Positions 9,608 to 20,692 of a DNA stretch of 64,000 nucleotides are shown piece by piece. This DNA comes from a bacterium (GTDB lineage Bacteria; Zhuqueibacterota; Zhuqueibacteria; Residuimicrobiales; Krinioviventaceae). The position numbers and the translations under genes are program-made. Where the stretch lies: the NCBI GenBank assembly GCA_963675755.2, contig CAXXMD010000002.1:2112001-2176000 (forward strand), given 5' to 3'. The notes below the pieces were generated by a model. The model saw only the letters and a program-made list of their open reading frames with translations. It was not told the DNA's origin and ran no database searches. Position 1 is the stretch's first letter. Each line of letters starts with the position of its first letter.

Positions 9608-11917
9608 TTAATAGCTTCTTCCAAATACGAAATGCATTTTCCACTTGGGATCAGGATCACCGTATGCGTCCACACGGTCAAATCCATATCCATAATCAAA
9701 ACCGATAATACCAATCATAGGCATAAAAACTCTGGCACCAATACCTGCAGATCGTCTCATACTGAATGGGTCCGCGTATCTAAAACTCTTCCACACATCT
9801 CCCGCTTCTGCAAATAACAGTGCAAATATTGTTGGATTCGGAGCAATCGGTATACGGATTTCTGCTGTATATTTCATCATTGCCTTTCCACCCTCTGCTA
9901 TACGGCTGTATCCTGACAATGGATCATCATAACCGCGCAAAGGAATAGATTGTGACAATCCGTCACCGCCCATAAAAAAGTATTCCTGATATGGGATGCT
10001 CGAACTTCCACCAATCGTTTCCATATAACCAGCCTGGAACCCGGTGTACAATACCAGTTTCCAGTACGATGGCATAAACCAGTCTATCTGAAAACTGTGC
10101 TTCTGATAATCAACATTACCACCCAATACCGTACCGGCAAGTTCCGTGGTTAAAGACACTTCAGAACCTGCTGTTGGGAATTCAGGACGGTCAAGACTGT
10201 TTCTTGAAAAAATATGGGTAATACTGCTGCTTATCAAAGGCCAGTCATAAGATACAATACCATTAGGATTGCTTTCAACATAATAGCTGTTAAAATCAGA
10301 CAAGGTCGTCTGATCGTATTGATAAATCCAATCTGTTCTAAAAAAGTTATCGGGCCAGTTTAAACGGCGTCCCAATCTTACGGAGCCACCTCTACTCTGC
10401 TGGCGATAACCATAATAATATGCATCACGCTGAGTATCGTAAAAGCTGAGACCACCCAGGGTAGGTGTGTCCATAACCCAGGGTTCGGTAAAGCTGATAC
10501 TGAATGAGCGATAATACTGTCCAAAACTCCAGTTAAAATTCAAACGTTGTCCGTTTCCAAAAAGGTTGGCCATACCAACACCTACACTTCCAATCAGGCG
10601 GTCACGTTCACTCCAGCCTGCGGACATGTTGGCGGTGTCGGTTGATTTTTCTTCAACCTTGAATGCCAGATCAACCTGGTCACCAGACGAGGGTATTACC
10701 TGCGGTTCAACATTACCAAAATAATTCAGCATCCAAACTTCTCGCTGGCTTCTTTCAAGCAATGAACGGTTAAATGTGTCACCAGGATAAATTCGCAGCT
10801 CTCTGCGGATCACCTTTTCTTTGGTTTTGGTATTACCACTTACCCGAATCTCATTGATCTTGGCCTGGTTGCCCTCTGTAACATAAAAATGTAAATTTAG
10901 TTTATTGTCATTGTCTTCATCAACAACTTCCTGGGGAGTAATGGTAGAATAAATATAACCTCTGTCATAATACAGACTACCAATATGCTGATAAACAGCT
11001 TCATCCAGCTTTTGCTTGCTGTAAACATCACCACTGTCAAAACGCAAATTGGCTGTTAATTCATCATTAGAAAAGAGTTCATTTCCTTCCCAGCTAATAT
11101 CTCCAAAAATGTACTGTCTGCCTTCTGAGACCCAGATATCAACAAACATGTCATCTTTTTCTTCATTATAATATATTGAATCTTTGAGTACTTCTGCGTC
11201 TCTATAACCCTCATTCTGATAAAAACTGATTAAATTCACCAGATCTTCATCATACTTTTCACGGTCAAAATCCGCACCACGCCACCAGCGGTCTTCTTTG
11301 ATCTCTTTGAATGATTTTTTTAATTTCTTGTCGCTAAATGCCGTATTGCCATAAAAATTAATTTTTTCGACCTGTACTTTTTTACCTTCATTCATATAAA
11401 ACCGAACAATCACCCGATTAGAATCAGTTTTAGAAGGAATTTCTGAAGTATTTACCTCTGCAAGCAAATACCCTTTTTCTTTATACATTTCATAAATCTT
11501 TGTACGAGATCTTGCAAGTAAGGTGGGATTTATAACCTGGCCGCTATAAAAATTCAATTCTTCTTCAATATCATCGGTTTTCAACTTTTTGTTTCCGGCA
11601 ATCTCTACCGTATCCAACCGGGGATACTCTTTAATCTTGATGGTAATATAAATACCCTGGGCCAGTTCCTGATCTACTACTACCTGAATATCAGAGAACA
11701 ATTCCAATCGCCATAATTGTTTTATAGCGTCTTGAATACTTTCACCGGTAATTTCAGTACCGGGTACCAGTCCCGAATTCAAACGTACCATACTGGGATC
11801 CGTAGTAACGGCACCCTCAACAGATACATCCAAAATTTTTACCGCCCGACGTTGTGCCGAGACCATTGTTGTTAAAAGAATAAATACTACTAAAACGAGT
11901 TCAAATCTAATCCGCAT
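9608..11917 (-). CDS. bamA: Outer membrane protein assembly factor BamA
   Basis: POTRA repeats (GNKKL, GNTAFSD, GNELFS, GNTKTKEKVIRRE), NLFGNGQ, FTEPW, LRGY and a terminal barrel strand. Confidence 0.96.
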   Translation of the reverse strand: MRIRFELVLVVFILLTTMVSAQRRAVKILDVSVEGAVTTDPSMVRLNSGLVPGTEITGESIQDAIKQLWRLELFSDIQVVVDQELAQGIYITIKIKEYPRLDTVEIAGNKKLKTDDIEEELNFYSGQVINPTLLARSRTKIYEMYKEKGYLLAEVNTSEIPSKTDSNRVIVRFYMNEGKKVQVEKINFYGNTAFSDKKLKKSFKEIKEDRWWRGADFDREKYDEDLVNLISFYQNEGYRDAEVLKDSIYYNEEKDDMFVDIWVSEGRQYIFGDISWEGNELFSNDELTANLRFDSGDVYSKQKLDEAVYQHIGSLYYDRGYIYSTITPQEVVDEDNDNKLNLHFYVTEGNQAKINEIRVSGNTKTKEKVIRRELRIYPGDTFNRSLLERSQREVWMLNYFGNVEPQVIPSSGDQVDLAFKVEEKSTDTANMSAGWSERDRLIGSVGVGMANLFGNGQRLNFNWSFGQYYRSFSISFTEPWVMDTPTLGGLSFYDTQRDAYYYGYRQQSRGGSVRLGRRLNWPDNFFRTDWIYQYDQTTLSDFNSYYVESNPNGIVSYDWPLISSSITHIFSRNSLDRPEFPTAGSEVSLTTELAGTVLGGNVDYQKHSFQIDWFMPSYWKLVLYTGFQAGYMETIGGSSSIPYQEYFFMGGDGLSQSIPLRGYDDPLSGYSRIAEGGKAMMKYTAEIRIPIAPNPTIFALLFAEAGDVWKSFRYADPFSMRRSAGIGARVFMPMIGIIGFDYGYGFDRVDAYGDPDPKWKMHFVFGRSY

Positions 11918-11995
11918 TTCCTCACCTGTTTTCACAATTTCTAAATGTAATAAATTCATCCATTATTGTAAAGGAAAAATACAAATTCCTTTCAA

Positions 11996-14900
11996 TTAAA
12001 ATGGAAACCAATGCCGTAGTACGATACGTTTATCATCCCTGTTCTCTCGTTGCCATATCAAACTATCGTAATCGTACTCAAGTTCCAATAAAAGGCGAGG
12101 ATTTATCTGATATTCTAATCCCATGCGGTGATGTAACCCCACATTAATATCTTTGTAACGATAATCAATCCCGGATTCAACTTGACCTGTATACTGGAAA
12201 AATACATTATCTACAATGTATTTACCCACAACAAGACGGGTACTTTTCAATAGAGACAACCTGTTGTTTACCCTAAGGTTATTGTTTAAATTAAATTCTA
12301 AAAGATTTTTTGCAAACATGGAGCTAAATCGAACATAATCCAATCCAAATGTCTTTTCCAATGATCGTTCAACCGGCCGAATCAAAGGTCGTAAAATTAA
12401 ATTTTCTGTTCCAAAACCAATTGCGTCAATTGCAGGATTTTGTTGCAACGTTGCATTCGAATATCCCAATGTAGATAAAATTTGTCGTTCCGATGCACCC
12501 ACACTCGGATTATCTGAAGACAATTTAAACCGAATCTGGTTCCACCTGCCCCGTGTATCCTCCAGGCGGGCAATATCATCAACCGGCTTTTTATCCATAG
12601 TAATATCATGGGTTTGCATGGTAAGATAAATCTGTGATGGAATTCCCGCAGAATCAGCAACTGTCGTTCTTGCATTCCCATAAACCACAGGTTCAAGCGT
12701 ACTTTTATCAAACTCTGCACCGGCACGTTCTATCCTAAAATCCATTCCCAGGTATTCAATAACACCTTTAGTAGAGCGCGCTTCACCAATAATCCTGAAA
12801 CTTTCATCTTTTAACTGACCAGTAAAACCCAACTCACTGTATTTCTCATTTATTTGTAAATTTACATAAACATTATCAATAGCACCGGGAAATGTTTTTA
12901 CATACCTCACATCCTGAATCGGTCTAACTAAAAGATCCCACTGCATTCGCATAAAAAAGTCCTCAACAACCGGATCAGGGGTTGATGTACCTTCATAAAA
13001 CGGGTACATGATTTCAGTATCATACAACTGTATGGTTCCCCTGAATGTAGGATTACCATCAATCCATGCAAAATAAAAGTGGTCTTCACCATCTCTTCCA
13101 ATCATCTCCAGGTTACCATAGACTCCAGGCTCCATTAACCCATCAATGTTAAGCGGAACTCCTTTTTCAAATGACTGGGGAATAATAACACCCAAACTTA
13201 ATCCCGTATCACCTAACAGAATGTTTTCCAAAGGTTTGGATGAATTTACCGGTGCCAGCGTATTAAATATCCTGAAAGGTTTTCCACCCATCTTGCCGGA
13301 AATATACTTTGCATGGATAAACTGATCATCGGGAACAAACTCAAAATCACCTCTCAATTCGGTCATTGGAGGTATTACTCCACTGCAATACATATCGCCA
13401 TTTTCAAGCTTTAATGTTGCAGCTTCTAAAACGGGATTTTCAGGTGATCCACTTACACTGGCATTGAACACGCAATCACTGTGCGGTTCATTAAAAAAAC
13501 TGACCTTGTCTGATAATATCTGTAAAAAATTACCTTCACCGGTTAGGTAAATGTATAAACTGTCTCTGTTGTGGAACGGATAAACACCATTCCCTCTTAC
13601 CTCGTAAAAATTATGACGGGTTAACCTAAAATCATCAATAAACAATCCCGAATAATCACTTTTTCCCGCACCCAGATCAACCTCAATCTCATCAAACGGC
13701 ACGTCATACACACTGCCGTCCTTGACAGCAAATAAACCTTCAACGCTGGGGTTCTTTGCACTACCGGTCAAACTGATATCTACAAGACCGTTGCCAATAA
13801 ATGCAGGCTCTTCGTCTTCAGGTGTAATAAATATTTCTTCAAAATTAAATCCAGCACCTTTAACAAAAAAATCCAAACTATCTGATAGTATATTATACTT
13901 GCCTTGCGTATACAAAAGTGTTGCGTCTGAAGAGTTCAATGTTAAATGTGGAACAGATAAATACGTACTGTCCAGACCAATCTCCATATGTGCGCTATAA
14001 GGTCCCAGGGTTTCATATCTCAAATCTTTTAAATCCAGCTCAGATTCAAGGCGTGGATATTGCCGGCTGCCGGAAATATCCAGATTCATATCCAAAGTAC
14101 CATTCAACTTTGTTTCTCGGGTTTTATAAAAATCAGAAATCTCCAGGGATTTGGCAGAAACATTTCCTGATAATAGATTAAAATCCGTCAACGTAACATT
14201 AGCAAACAACTGATCAGCAAGATTAAACTGATTTAAAACGATCTTGTTATCATCCTGATGAAAACGGAATTCTCCATCCAACCGGTATTCCTTATCAGGA
14301 TACAAATCAAATTTACCCCAGCCATTTAACTGCTTTTTGTTATTAAATTCCATTTGCACATTAGCAAAACCATTACTGAAATACCCACCCTCAACACGGT
14401 TAATTCTACCAAACAGACGGTGTTCTTTATTGGTTCCACTCAACCGACCTGAAACAGAAAAATTTTTCAAAAAATAATCAGCAAAAGGCATATGAAAATG
14501 AGGCAAAATATATTTTTGAAGCTCCTCAAACTGAATATCCCATGCTAGAGGTGAAGACAAGTTGATGGTTGCAGTAATATCTGAACTACTGTCCGGATTG
14601 ATTTCAAGCTTGTTCTCCGCCAGCAAAACATTAACAGGTAACAATGTTGTATCTAAATCCTGAGATACGAGTTGAATACTACCAGTTCCATCAACTATGG
14701 GTGATTCCAAACTGCCATAAATATCTGCAGAAAGCGATGTACCAAATTTTTCAAGCTTATCAGCACCAAACCCCATCAATTCCTGGGTCATATCACCTTC
14801 AATAGATAGATTACCCAGCATGGGCCTTCCATCTAATCCAAAATCCAATACCCCAACCAGCGATATTTGATTACTCAATAAATTGAAATCACATTGATTA

Positions 14901-16108
14901 AAATAAAATTTATTTTTATTAAACCGGCTGTCAATATCAATATTCTTGACAATTACATTATCATACAACAAACTATCAGCATGGATGTGATTTACCAAAT
15001 CAAAATTGGTTATAGTTCCGGCAAGATGTGCATCTACCTCAACTGTTCCATCAATTTTTTCCGCAAAATTGCCCTCAAACATTGAATTGAAATTTTTAAA
15101 CTCAACGTGTGGGCTTTTTAATTGAAGATCAAAATAAGGAAAAACAACATTATAGATTTCACCGGTAATTTCCATATACGAATCATTAATACGCTGCGAT
15201 GCCTTGTCAACAATCAGATTCCAATCTTCAATATGTGACATCAGGTTCATATCAGTAATCTGATAAATGTCATCATACAACTCGGCACCCGCATCTTTGA
15301 TCCGTAAATCCCCTGACAAATCAAATCCCTTCTTTCCGGGTATGCGTTCAAGATTCAGAACACCATTCACCTCACCTGACGTAAAACGCAAATCAGGAAC
15401 AAGCTCTTCAGGTATATAATCTTTAAGCTTGTAACGCATCAACTCGGCTCTAATATGCGATATTGTTCCCTTTTTATTATGGGCCCTGGCCAGAATATTT
15501 AAATTTGCTTCATTGGAATTGAACAATTTTCCTGTCAGACGCAAGTCAATTGAATCTGCCTTGTCTACAAAAAAACCGCCTTCAATGGAATGAGCAAGAA
15601 GAATGTTTAACGAATCATGGACCTGATAATACAACTCGCCGTCAATAATTGACAAACGATTTAAAATCTCCAGACGTTGAAACTGCTTTTTATAGGTATC
15701 TTTAATTTCAGAAAAATTGGGATAAGATAGTACTTTTTGAGTAGTATCCGATTGCTGTACACGAATATACAGACTGGGGTGATCAATCAAAATATCCTGA
15801 GATATAGTTTGCGGATTAATGCCCTGCACCAACATCTTGAACAGATTAAAACCAACTCGAATATTTTCTACAGAAACATCAAATTGCTTATCCGGCAGCG
15901 GAATATTTACATCTTTGAACCGAACATTGCCAAAACCCAGCTTGACTTCTGAAATTGTACAATTTTCACCAAGCATAGGCCGAATTTGTTCAAGTACATA
16001 ATTTTTGATCCGTTCATTTGCCTTAAAGTATTGCAAACCATAGAGATAGGCAACAACTATAACAACAAGCAAAGCAAATACAAATAGGACCCATTTACGT
16101 TCGCGCAA
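11996..16108 (-). CDS. Large AsmA/TamB-like envelope protein
   Basis: 1370 aa with an N-terminal TM anchor, repeated LxGsxxxPxxxG beta-taco segments and a C-terminal VGKYI...LEYQINPRLLLE TamB-like end; directly upstream of bamA. Confidence 0.7.
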   Translation of the reverse strand: MRERKWVLFVFALLVVIVVAYLYGLQYFKANERIKNYVLEQIRPMLGENCTISEVKLGFGNVRFKDVNIPLPDKQFDVSVENIRVGFNLFKMLVQGINPQTISQDILIDHPSLYIRVQQSDTTQKVLSYPNFSEIKDTYKKQFQRLEILNRLSIIDGELYYQVHDSLNILLAHSIEGGFFVDKADSIDLRLTGKLFNSNEANLNILARAHNKKGTISHIRAELMRYKLKDYIPEELVPDLRFTSGEVNGVLNLERIPGKKGFDLSGDLRIKDAGAELYDDIYQITDMNLMSHIEDWNLIVDKASQRINDSYMEITGEIYNVVFPYFDLQLKSPHVEFKNFNSMFEGNFAEKIDGTVEVDAHLAGTITNFDLVNHIHADSLLYDNVIVKNIDIDSRFNKNKFYFNQCDFNLLSNQISLVGVLDFGLDGRPMLGNLSIEGDMTQELMGFGADKLEKFGTSLSADIYGSLESPIVDGTGSIQLVSQDLDTTLLPVNVLLAENKLEINPDSSSDITATINLSSPLAWDIQFEELQKYILPHFHMPFADYFLKNFSVSGRLSGTNKEHRLFGRINRVEGGYFSNGFANVQMEFNNKKQLNGWGKFDLYPDKEYRLDGEFRFHQDDNKIVLNQFNLADQLFANVTLTDFNLLSGNVSAKSLEISDFYKTRETKLNGTLDMNLDISGSRQYPRLESELDLKDLRYETLGPYSAHMEIGLDSTYLSVPHLTLNSSDATLLYTQGKYNILSDSLDFFVKGAGFNFEEIFITPEDEEPAFIGNGLVDISLTGSAKNPSVEGLFAVKDGSVYDVPFDEIEVDLGAGKSDYSGLFIDDFRLTRHNFYEVRGNGVYPFHNRDSLYIYLTGEGNFLQILSDKVSFFNEPHSDCVFNASVSGSPENPVLEAATLKLENGDMYCSGVIPPMTELRGDFEFVPDDQFIHAKYISGKMGGKPFRIFNTLAPVNSSKPLENILLGDTGLSLGVIIPQSFEKGVPLNIDGLMEPGVYGNLEMIGRDGEDHFYFAWIDGNPTFRGTIQLYDTEIMYPFYEGTSTPDPVVEDFFMRMQWDLLVRPIQDVRYVKTFPGAIDNVYVNLQINEKYSELGFTGQLKDESFRIIGEARSTKGVIEYLGMDFRIERAGAEFDKSTLEPVVYGNARTTVADSAGIPSQIYLTMQTHDITMDKKPVDDIARLEDTRGRWNQIRFKLSSDNPSVGASERQILSTLGYSNATLQQNPAIDAIGFGTENLILRPLIRPVERSLEKTFGLDYVRFSSMFAKNLLEFNLNNNLRVNNRLSLLKSTRLVVGKYIVDNVFFQYTGQVESGIDYRYKDINVGLHHRMGLEYQINPRLLLELEYDYDSLIWQRENRDDKRIVLRHWFPF

Positions 16109-16214
16109 ACATTATTCCCAAATAATACAACTAGAAAATTACAAAAAAAGCGGAATAATCCGCCCATAGTAATTATACAAATACAAAAATATTAGGTTCC
16201 GGTTAAAATCAATT

Positions 16215-16967
16215 TCAGGATTGCATTTGTTCACTGACTTTGCCAAACCGTCTTTCCCGCTGTTGATAAGATTCAATCGCATCCAAAAAATCTGATTCGT
16301 GAAAATCCGGCCACAAAGTGGATGTAATAAAGAGTTCGGTATAAGCAAGCTGCCATAATAAAAAGTTACTAATTCGCATTTCACCACTGGTGCGGATCAA
16401 AAGGTCCGGATCACCAATCTCAACAGTTTGCAGATATTGACTGAAAACCTTTTCGTCAACCTGCGATATGTCTAACCTTCCATCCTGAATATCTTTATAT
16501 AAGGTTTTAAACGACTGAAGTATTTCGTTTCTTCCACTGTAACTCAGGGCGAGGTTCAGGATCAAGCCTGTATTCTTGCTTAATTTTTTTATCGTATTCT
16601 TAATACCAAGACGTGGCGCCATTGGCAACACATCTATATCACCAATTGCCATTAGACGCACATTTTTTTTATTCAAATCGTTTACTTCTTCCTTAATCGT
16701 AGAAACCAGTAAACTCATCAAAGCAGAAACTTCTTGTTTAGGGCGTCGCCAGTTTTCAGATGAAAACGTATACAAGGTCAATGCTTTTATATCTAACGAA
16801 CCGGCGGCCTCTACAATATCACGAACTGAATTTACACCTTCACGGTGCCCTTCAATCCTGTCAAGCCCTCTTTTTTTTGCCCATCTGCCATTTCCATCCA
16901 TAATAATAGCAACATGAGAAGGAACCGGTCCCTGATTTTTTATTTTTTCAATTCTTGTTTCATCCAT
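16215..16967 (-). CDS. uppS: Undecaprenyl diphosphate synthase (isoprenyl transferase)
   Basis: Motifs HVAIIMDGNGRWA, FSSENWRRP, DPDLLIRTSGEMRISNFLLWQ and RERRFG. Confidence 0.97.
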   Translation of the reverse strand: MDETRIEKIKNQGPVPSHVAIIMDGNGRWAKKRGLDRIEGHREGVNSVRDIVEAAGSLDIKALTLYTFSSENWRRPKQEVSALMSLLVSTIKEEVNDLNKKNVRLMAIGDIDVLPMAPRLGIKNTIKKLSKNTGLILNLALSYSGRNEILQSFKTLYKDIQDGRLDISQVDEKVFSQYLQTVEIGDPDLLIRTSGEMRISNFLLWQLAYTELFITSTLWPDFHESDFLDAIESYQQRERRFGKVSEQMQS

Positions 16968-17048
16968 CAAATTGTTTCTCTAATATATACACAATCTACA
17001 AATTTATTGAAAAAATCATCAATTGCAAGAATAATAAAAAGATAATTC

Positions 17049-17085
17049 AAAAAAAAAGCCCCGTATTAGCATTTCTATACGGGGC
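17049..17085 (-). terminator. Intrinsic terminator after the TPR lipoprotein gene
   Basis: Perfect 9-bp stem GCCCCGTAT/ATACGGGGC followed by T9 on the minus strand. Confidence 0.85.
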
Positions 17086-17107
17086 AATATATTTTATCTA
17101 TATATTC

Positions 17108-18199
17108 TTATTTTTGCAGTTCTTCAGCTTTCTTAAAACATGCTACACCTTCATCCTGATTGCCGGATTGGATGTGAGCTACACCAAGATTATTCCACAA
17201 ATTTACATTTTCAGGTTGTGCTTCAACACCTTTTTTCAAATAAGGTATAGAATTGGTATAAAAAGTTTTCATTGCTTCACGTTCTTCAGCAGCAACGGTT
17301 TCACCGTTATTTTCTTTTTCTACCAGTTTCTTACGCATTTCATCAGCAATACTCAAATAAGCGTTACCAACATTAATATTTGCATCAATATCAGAAGGAT
17401 CATTTGCAATTACTCTTTCAAACAATTCAATTGCTTCTGCATATTCACCACGCATATAGTGCAAACGTGCTAAATTAAACAGCAGGTCCTTAGCATCTGG
17501 GTTCTTTTTAATAGCTTCTTTATAGATTTCCATTGCTTCTTCTTTTTTACCCAGAAAATCAAGAGCCAATGCCAGATTAGAAATAGCATCAGTATTTTCA
17601 GGATCTTTTTCCAACAATGCTTTTTCAAGATCCACTACTTTTTGATACTCTTTATCTTCAAAATATGCACCAGCAAGCGCCTGAACCACTTCAGAATCAT
17701 CAGGATTCATTTCAACAGCTTTTTCATAAGTTTCTTTTGATTTTTCTTTATCACCATTCTGGGTATAAGCAATTGCCAGGTTACGATATGCTTCGGGGCG
17801 ATTAGGCTCAACAGCTAAACAGGTCTCAAACTGATTGATTGCACCTGCAAGATCACCACTATTAATACGATTTACGCCAGAGTTAAAAGCAGTTACCCAA
17901 TATTTATCACGGCTGCTTTTAATTTGAGCTTCGTAGGTAGGTGCCAGTTCAAGTGATTTATTATACATTTCATTCATTTTTTCCCATTCACCCTGGTTTC
18001 CATATCCTTCTCCCAGAAGATAAGGGGCTTCAGCATTAGTCGGGTAAAGCTGTACAGCTTGTTCCAGCTGAGTAATTGCATTATTCCAGTCATCCTGTTG
18101 AATATACACTTTAGCGGAAGTTAGTTCTTTGGGAGTACAACCCATGAATGCAACCATTCCGATTAGAATAAACATGACTGCAAAATAACGAATCTTCAT
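17108..18199 (-). CDS. TPR-repeat lipoprotein
   Basis: Lipobox AFMGC, then about 8 TPR-like repeats (AYRNLAIAY, LLFNLARLHY, LWNNLGVAH); GGAG RBS. Confidence 0.85.
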   Translation of the reverse strand: MKIRYFAVMFILIGMVAFMGCTPKELTSAKVYIQQDDWNNAITQLEQAVQLYPTNAEAPYLLGEGYGNQGEWEKMNEMYNKSLELAPTYEAQIKSSRDKYWVTAFNSGVNRINSGDLAGAINQFETCLAVEPNRPEAYRNLAIAYTQNGDKEKSKETYEKAVEMNPDDSEVVQALAGAYFEDKEYQKVVDLEKALLEKDPENTDAISNLALALDFLGKKEEAMEIYKEAIKKNPDAKDLLFNLARLHYMRGEYAEAIELFERVIANDPSDIDANINVGNAYLSIADEMRKKLVEKENNGETVAAEEREAMKTFYTNSIPYLKKGVEAQPENVNLWNNLGVAHIQSGNQDEGVACFKKAEELQK

Positions 18200-18338
18200 T
18201 ATTAACTCCTATTATTAAATTTAAAATTCAATAAATTTACTTAAATTTATTTTTCAAATCAAGAAAATTTTTATTTTCCATTTAAATAACAACATTCTAA
18301 CTAGCTATTTATTCACAACTTTATTATAAAAATCATTA

Positions 18339-19388
18339 TTAAAACAATTTTTCTATAGATTCCTTAAATGGAGCTTTAAGTATTCCCTTTTCTGTTACAA
18401 TAGCTGTAATATTATTCGCTGGTGTCACATCAAATGCAGGATTATAGACCTTGACATCCTCAGGAGCAATAAAATGTCCATTAATTTTCAGTACTTCTTC
18501 ATCACTACGCTCTTCAATGGGTATTTCATTGCCACTTTTCAATTGAACATCAAAAGTTGAAAGCGGTGCAGCTACTATAAATGGAATATTGTGTTCCTTG
18601 GCCAAAATTGATAACCCATATGTACCAATCTTGTTAGCTACATCACCATTTGCAGCAATCCGGTCTGCACCTACTATTACGGCATTTACAAGTCCTTGTT
18701 TCATTACTACAGCAGCCATATTATCACATATCAATGTAGTGTCAATTTCATCTTCCATCAACTCAAATGCAGTCAATCGTGATCCTTGTAACAAGGGTCT
18801 TGTTTCATCAGCATAAACCTTGACTTTTTTGCCAACTTTAACAGCCTCTCTTACAATCCCCAATGCAGTTCCATAATCGCCGGTTGCCAATGCACCTGCG
18901 TTACAATGGGTTAAAATATTGGCACGGTTTTCAAGCAATTGTACCCCATACCGTCCGATCTGCTTACACCGTTCAATATCATCTTCAAGTAGTCGTTGTG
19001 CCTTTTTCAATAGCGCCAGTTTAGTTTCGCGCAATGACTTGTTTAGATTAGATGATAATGTCTTACGCATAGTATCCAATGCCCAGAATAAATTCTTGGC
19101 AGTAGGACGTGTAGCTTTGAGTTCATCTATAGCTTTGTTTGCAATCATTAAAAATCCGGGACGGTCAGATTCATCCAGGTTCCATACAGCCAAAACAACA
19201 CCAAATGCTGCAGCAATACCAATAGCAGGAGCACCTCTCAAACTCATATTTTTAATAGAATTAACAATACCGTGATAATCTGAAATTTCTAATAAAACTA
19301 ACTCTTCTGGCAGTTTTCTCTGGTCCAGTATCCGTACTTTTCCATCATGCCATTGTATAGATTTAACATCCTGCATAAACGATCCCAA
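18339..19388 (-). CDS. mtnA: S-methyl-5-thioribose-1-phosphate isomerase
   Basis: Motifs LDQRKLP, RGAPAIG, RPTAKNL, THCNAGALAT, ETRPLLQGSRLT, GADRIAANGD and NPAFDVTP. The ATG at 19376 is an alternative start. Confidence 0.95.
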   Translation of the reverse strand: MGSFMQDVKSIQWHDGKVRILDQRKLPEELVLLEISDYHGIVNSIKNMSLRGAPAIGIAAAFGVVLAVWNLDESDRPGFLMIANKAIDELKATRPTAKNLFWALDTMRKTLSSNLNKSLRETKLALLKKAQRLLEDDIERCKQIGRYGVQLLENRANILTHCNAGALATGDYGTALGIVREAVKVGKKVKVYADETRPLLQGSRLTAFELMEDEIDTTLICDNMAAVVMKQGLVNAVIVGADRIAANGDVANKIGTYGLSILAKEHNIPFIVAAPLSTFDVQLKSGNEIPIEERSDEEVLKINGHFIAPEDVKVYNPAFDVTPANNITAIVTEKGILKAPFKESIEKLF

Positions 19389-19391
19389 TTT

Positions 19392-20684
19392 TTATAAATA
19401 ATTGTCTAGTAATTTTGAAATTTTTTCTGATGCGCCTGTATTCTGTTTGATAAAATTCAGAGCATGGGTCCCAGTTTCGCGTAACTTGTCCGGATGGTTT
19501 ATAAAATCATCCAGCAACTTTTCAAGGTCACTTTCACCTTTAATTTCCATTGCACCTTTTGCATCGATCAGGAATCTGGGCTCAACCGAAACAATGTTTC
19601 GGGGTCCAAAATAAACAGCACAACCATGTGCTGCCGGCTCGAGCACATTATGCACACCGGGGCTGAACCCACCACCTACATAAGCCAATAATCCTAATGC
19701 ATATAAATTGGCAAGTAAACCAATCCGATCTATAATTAAAAAACGAAAATCCCTCTGTTCAGGATTTTCCTCCAATTGCGACAATCTAATAAAGGGTATA
19801 TCATGAGTCTTGAACAATCCCTCTATTAACGCAATATGCTCGGCTGTGGTTTCATGAGGCGCGAGTATAAATCTAAATTCAGGATCTGATTTTAATACCT
19901 TTACAGTTGCCGGAATCCACAACTTGTCATCAGTTGGCCATGTACTTCCAATTATACATGTCTTTTCATGTATAAAATATTTCTCATCTATTAACCACTG
20001 AATTTTATCAAGTTGACGACTCCGTTGAAGCACCCTGTCATATCGTGTATCACCAAAATATTCTATATTGTTTCTATCAGGATACAACATTTCAAATCTC
20101 TCAGAACTCTTGTCTGATACCGTTAAAATTTTGGTAAAACCTGCAAGAACAGTTCGAAACGGGACTCTGAACCTGTTGTACATTTTTTCATTCTTGTCAG
20201 TAATACTTGCATCGATGAGGAATGAAGGTATTCTTTTTTTACGTATTAGCCAGTGAATATTGGGCCATATATCATGACGTACAATAATAACAACTGCGGG
20301 TTTTACAATTTTTAAAAATCTTTTTACATGAAACCAACCGTCAATAGGCATATAGGTTATAACAACGCGAGGATGCTGAAATTTTATATTTGTAAAAGCG
20401 GATGGAGAAAAAACGGATAAAATGACAATTGCATCTTTGAAACGTCCCAGTACTTCTTCTATTACCGGCATACCTTGCTCAAATTCACCCATTGAGGCAA
20501 CGTGTATCCAAACGCGTTGTTGAACATTTTCGAATTCTGACAGATTCTGCTCTAGTCTTTTAAATAATCCTATCCTACCCAGGATACCCTTGCGTATTTT
20601 AGGATTAAATAAAATGGCAATATGTACAAGAATAAAAAATAGTGGTATGAATAAGAAATTATAAATCAAAAAAAAAGGTGTCAT
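19392..20684 (-). CDS. waaA: 3-deoxy-D-manno-octulosonic acid (Kdo) transferase
   Basis: Motifs WIHVASMGEFEQ, GDTRYD, GSTW, ILAPHE and YVGGGF..HNVLEPA. Confidence 0.92.
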   Translation of the reverse strand: MTPFFLIYNFLFIPLFFILVHIAILFNPKIRKGILGRIGLFKRLEQNLSEFENVQQRVWIHVASMGEFEQGMPVIEEVLGRFKDAIVILSVFSPSAFTNIKFQHPRVVITYMPIDGWFHVKRFLKIVKPAVVIIVRHDIWPNIHWLIRKKRIPSFLIDASITDKNEKMYNRFRVPFRTVLAGFTKILTVSDKSSERFEMLYPDRNNIEYFGDTRYDRVLQRSRQLDKIQWLIDEKYFIHEKTCIIGSTWPTDDKLWIPATVKVLKSDPEFRFILAPHETTAEHIALIEGLFKTHDIPFIRLSQLEENPEQRDFRFLIIDRIGLLANLYALGLLAYVGGGFSPGVHNVLEPAAHGCAVYFGPRNIVSVEPRFLIDAKGAMEIKGESDLEKLLDDFINHPDKLRETGTHALNFIKQNTGASEKISKLLDNYL

Positions 20685-20692
20685 ATGCGGAC

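Noticed and set aside
18200-18338. Possible oriC (very AT-rich, one TTATTCACA)
   Set aside because: Only one DnaA-like box, a gap of just 140 bp, no strand switch of genes, and no dnaA/dnaN/gidA context.
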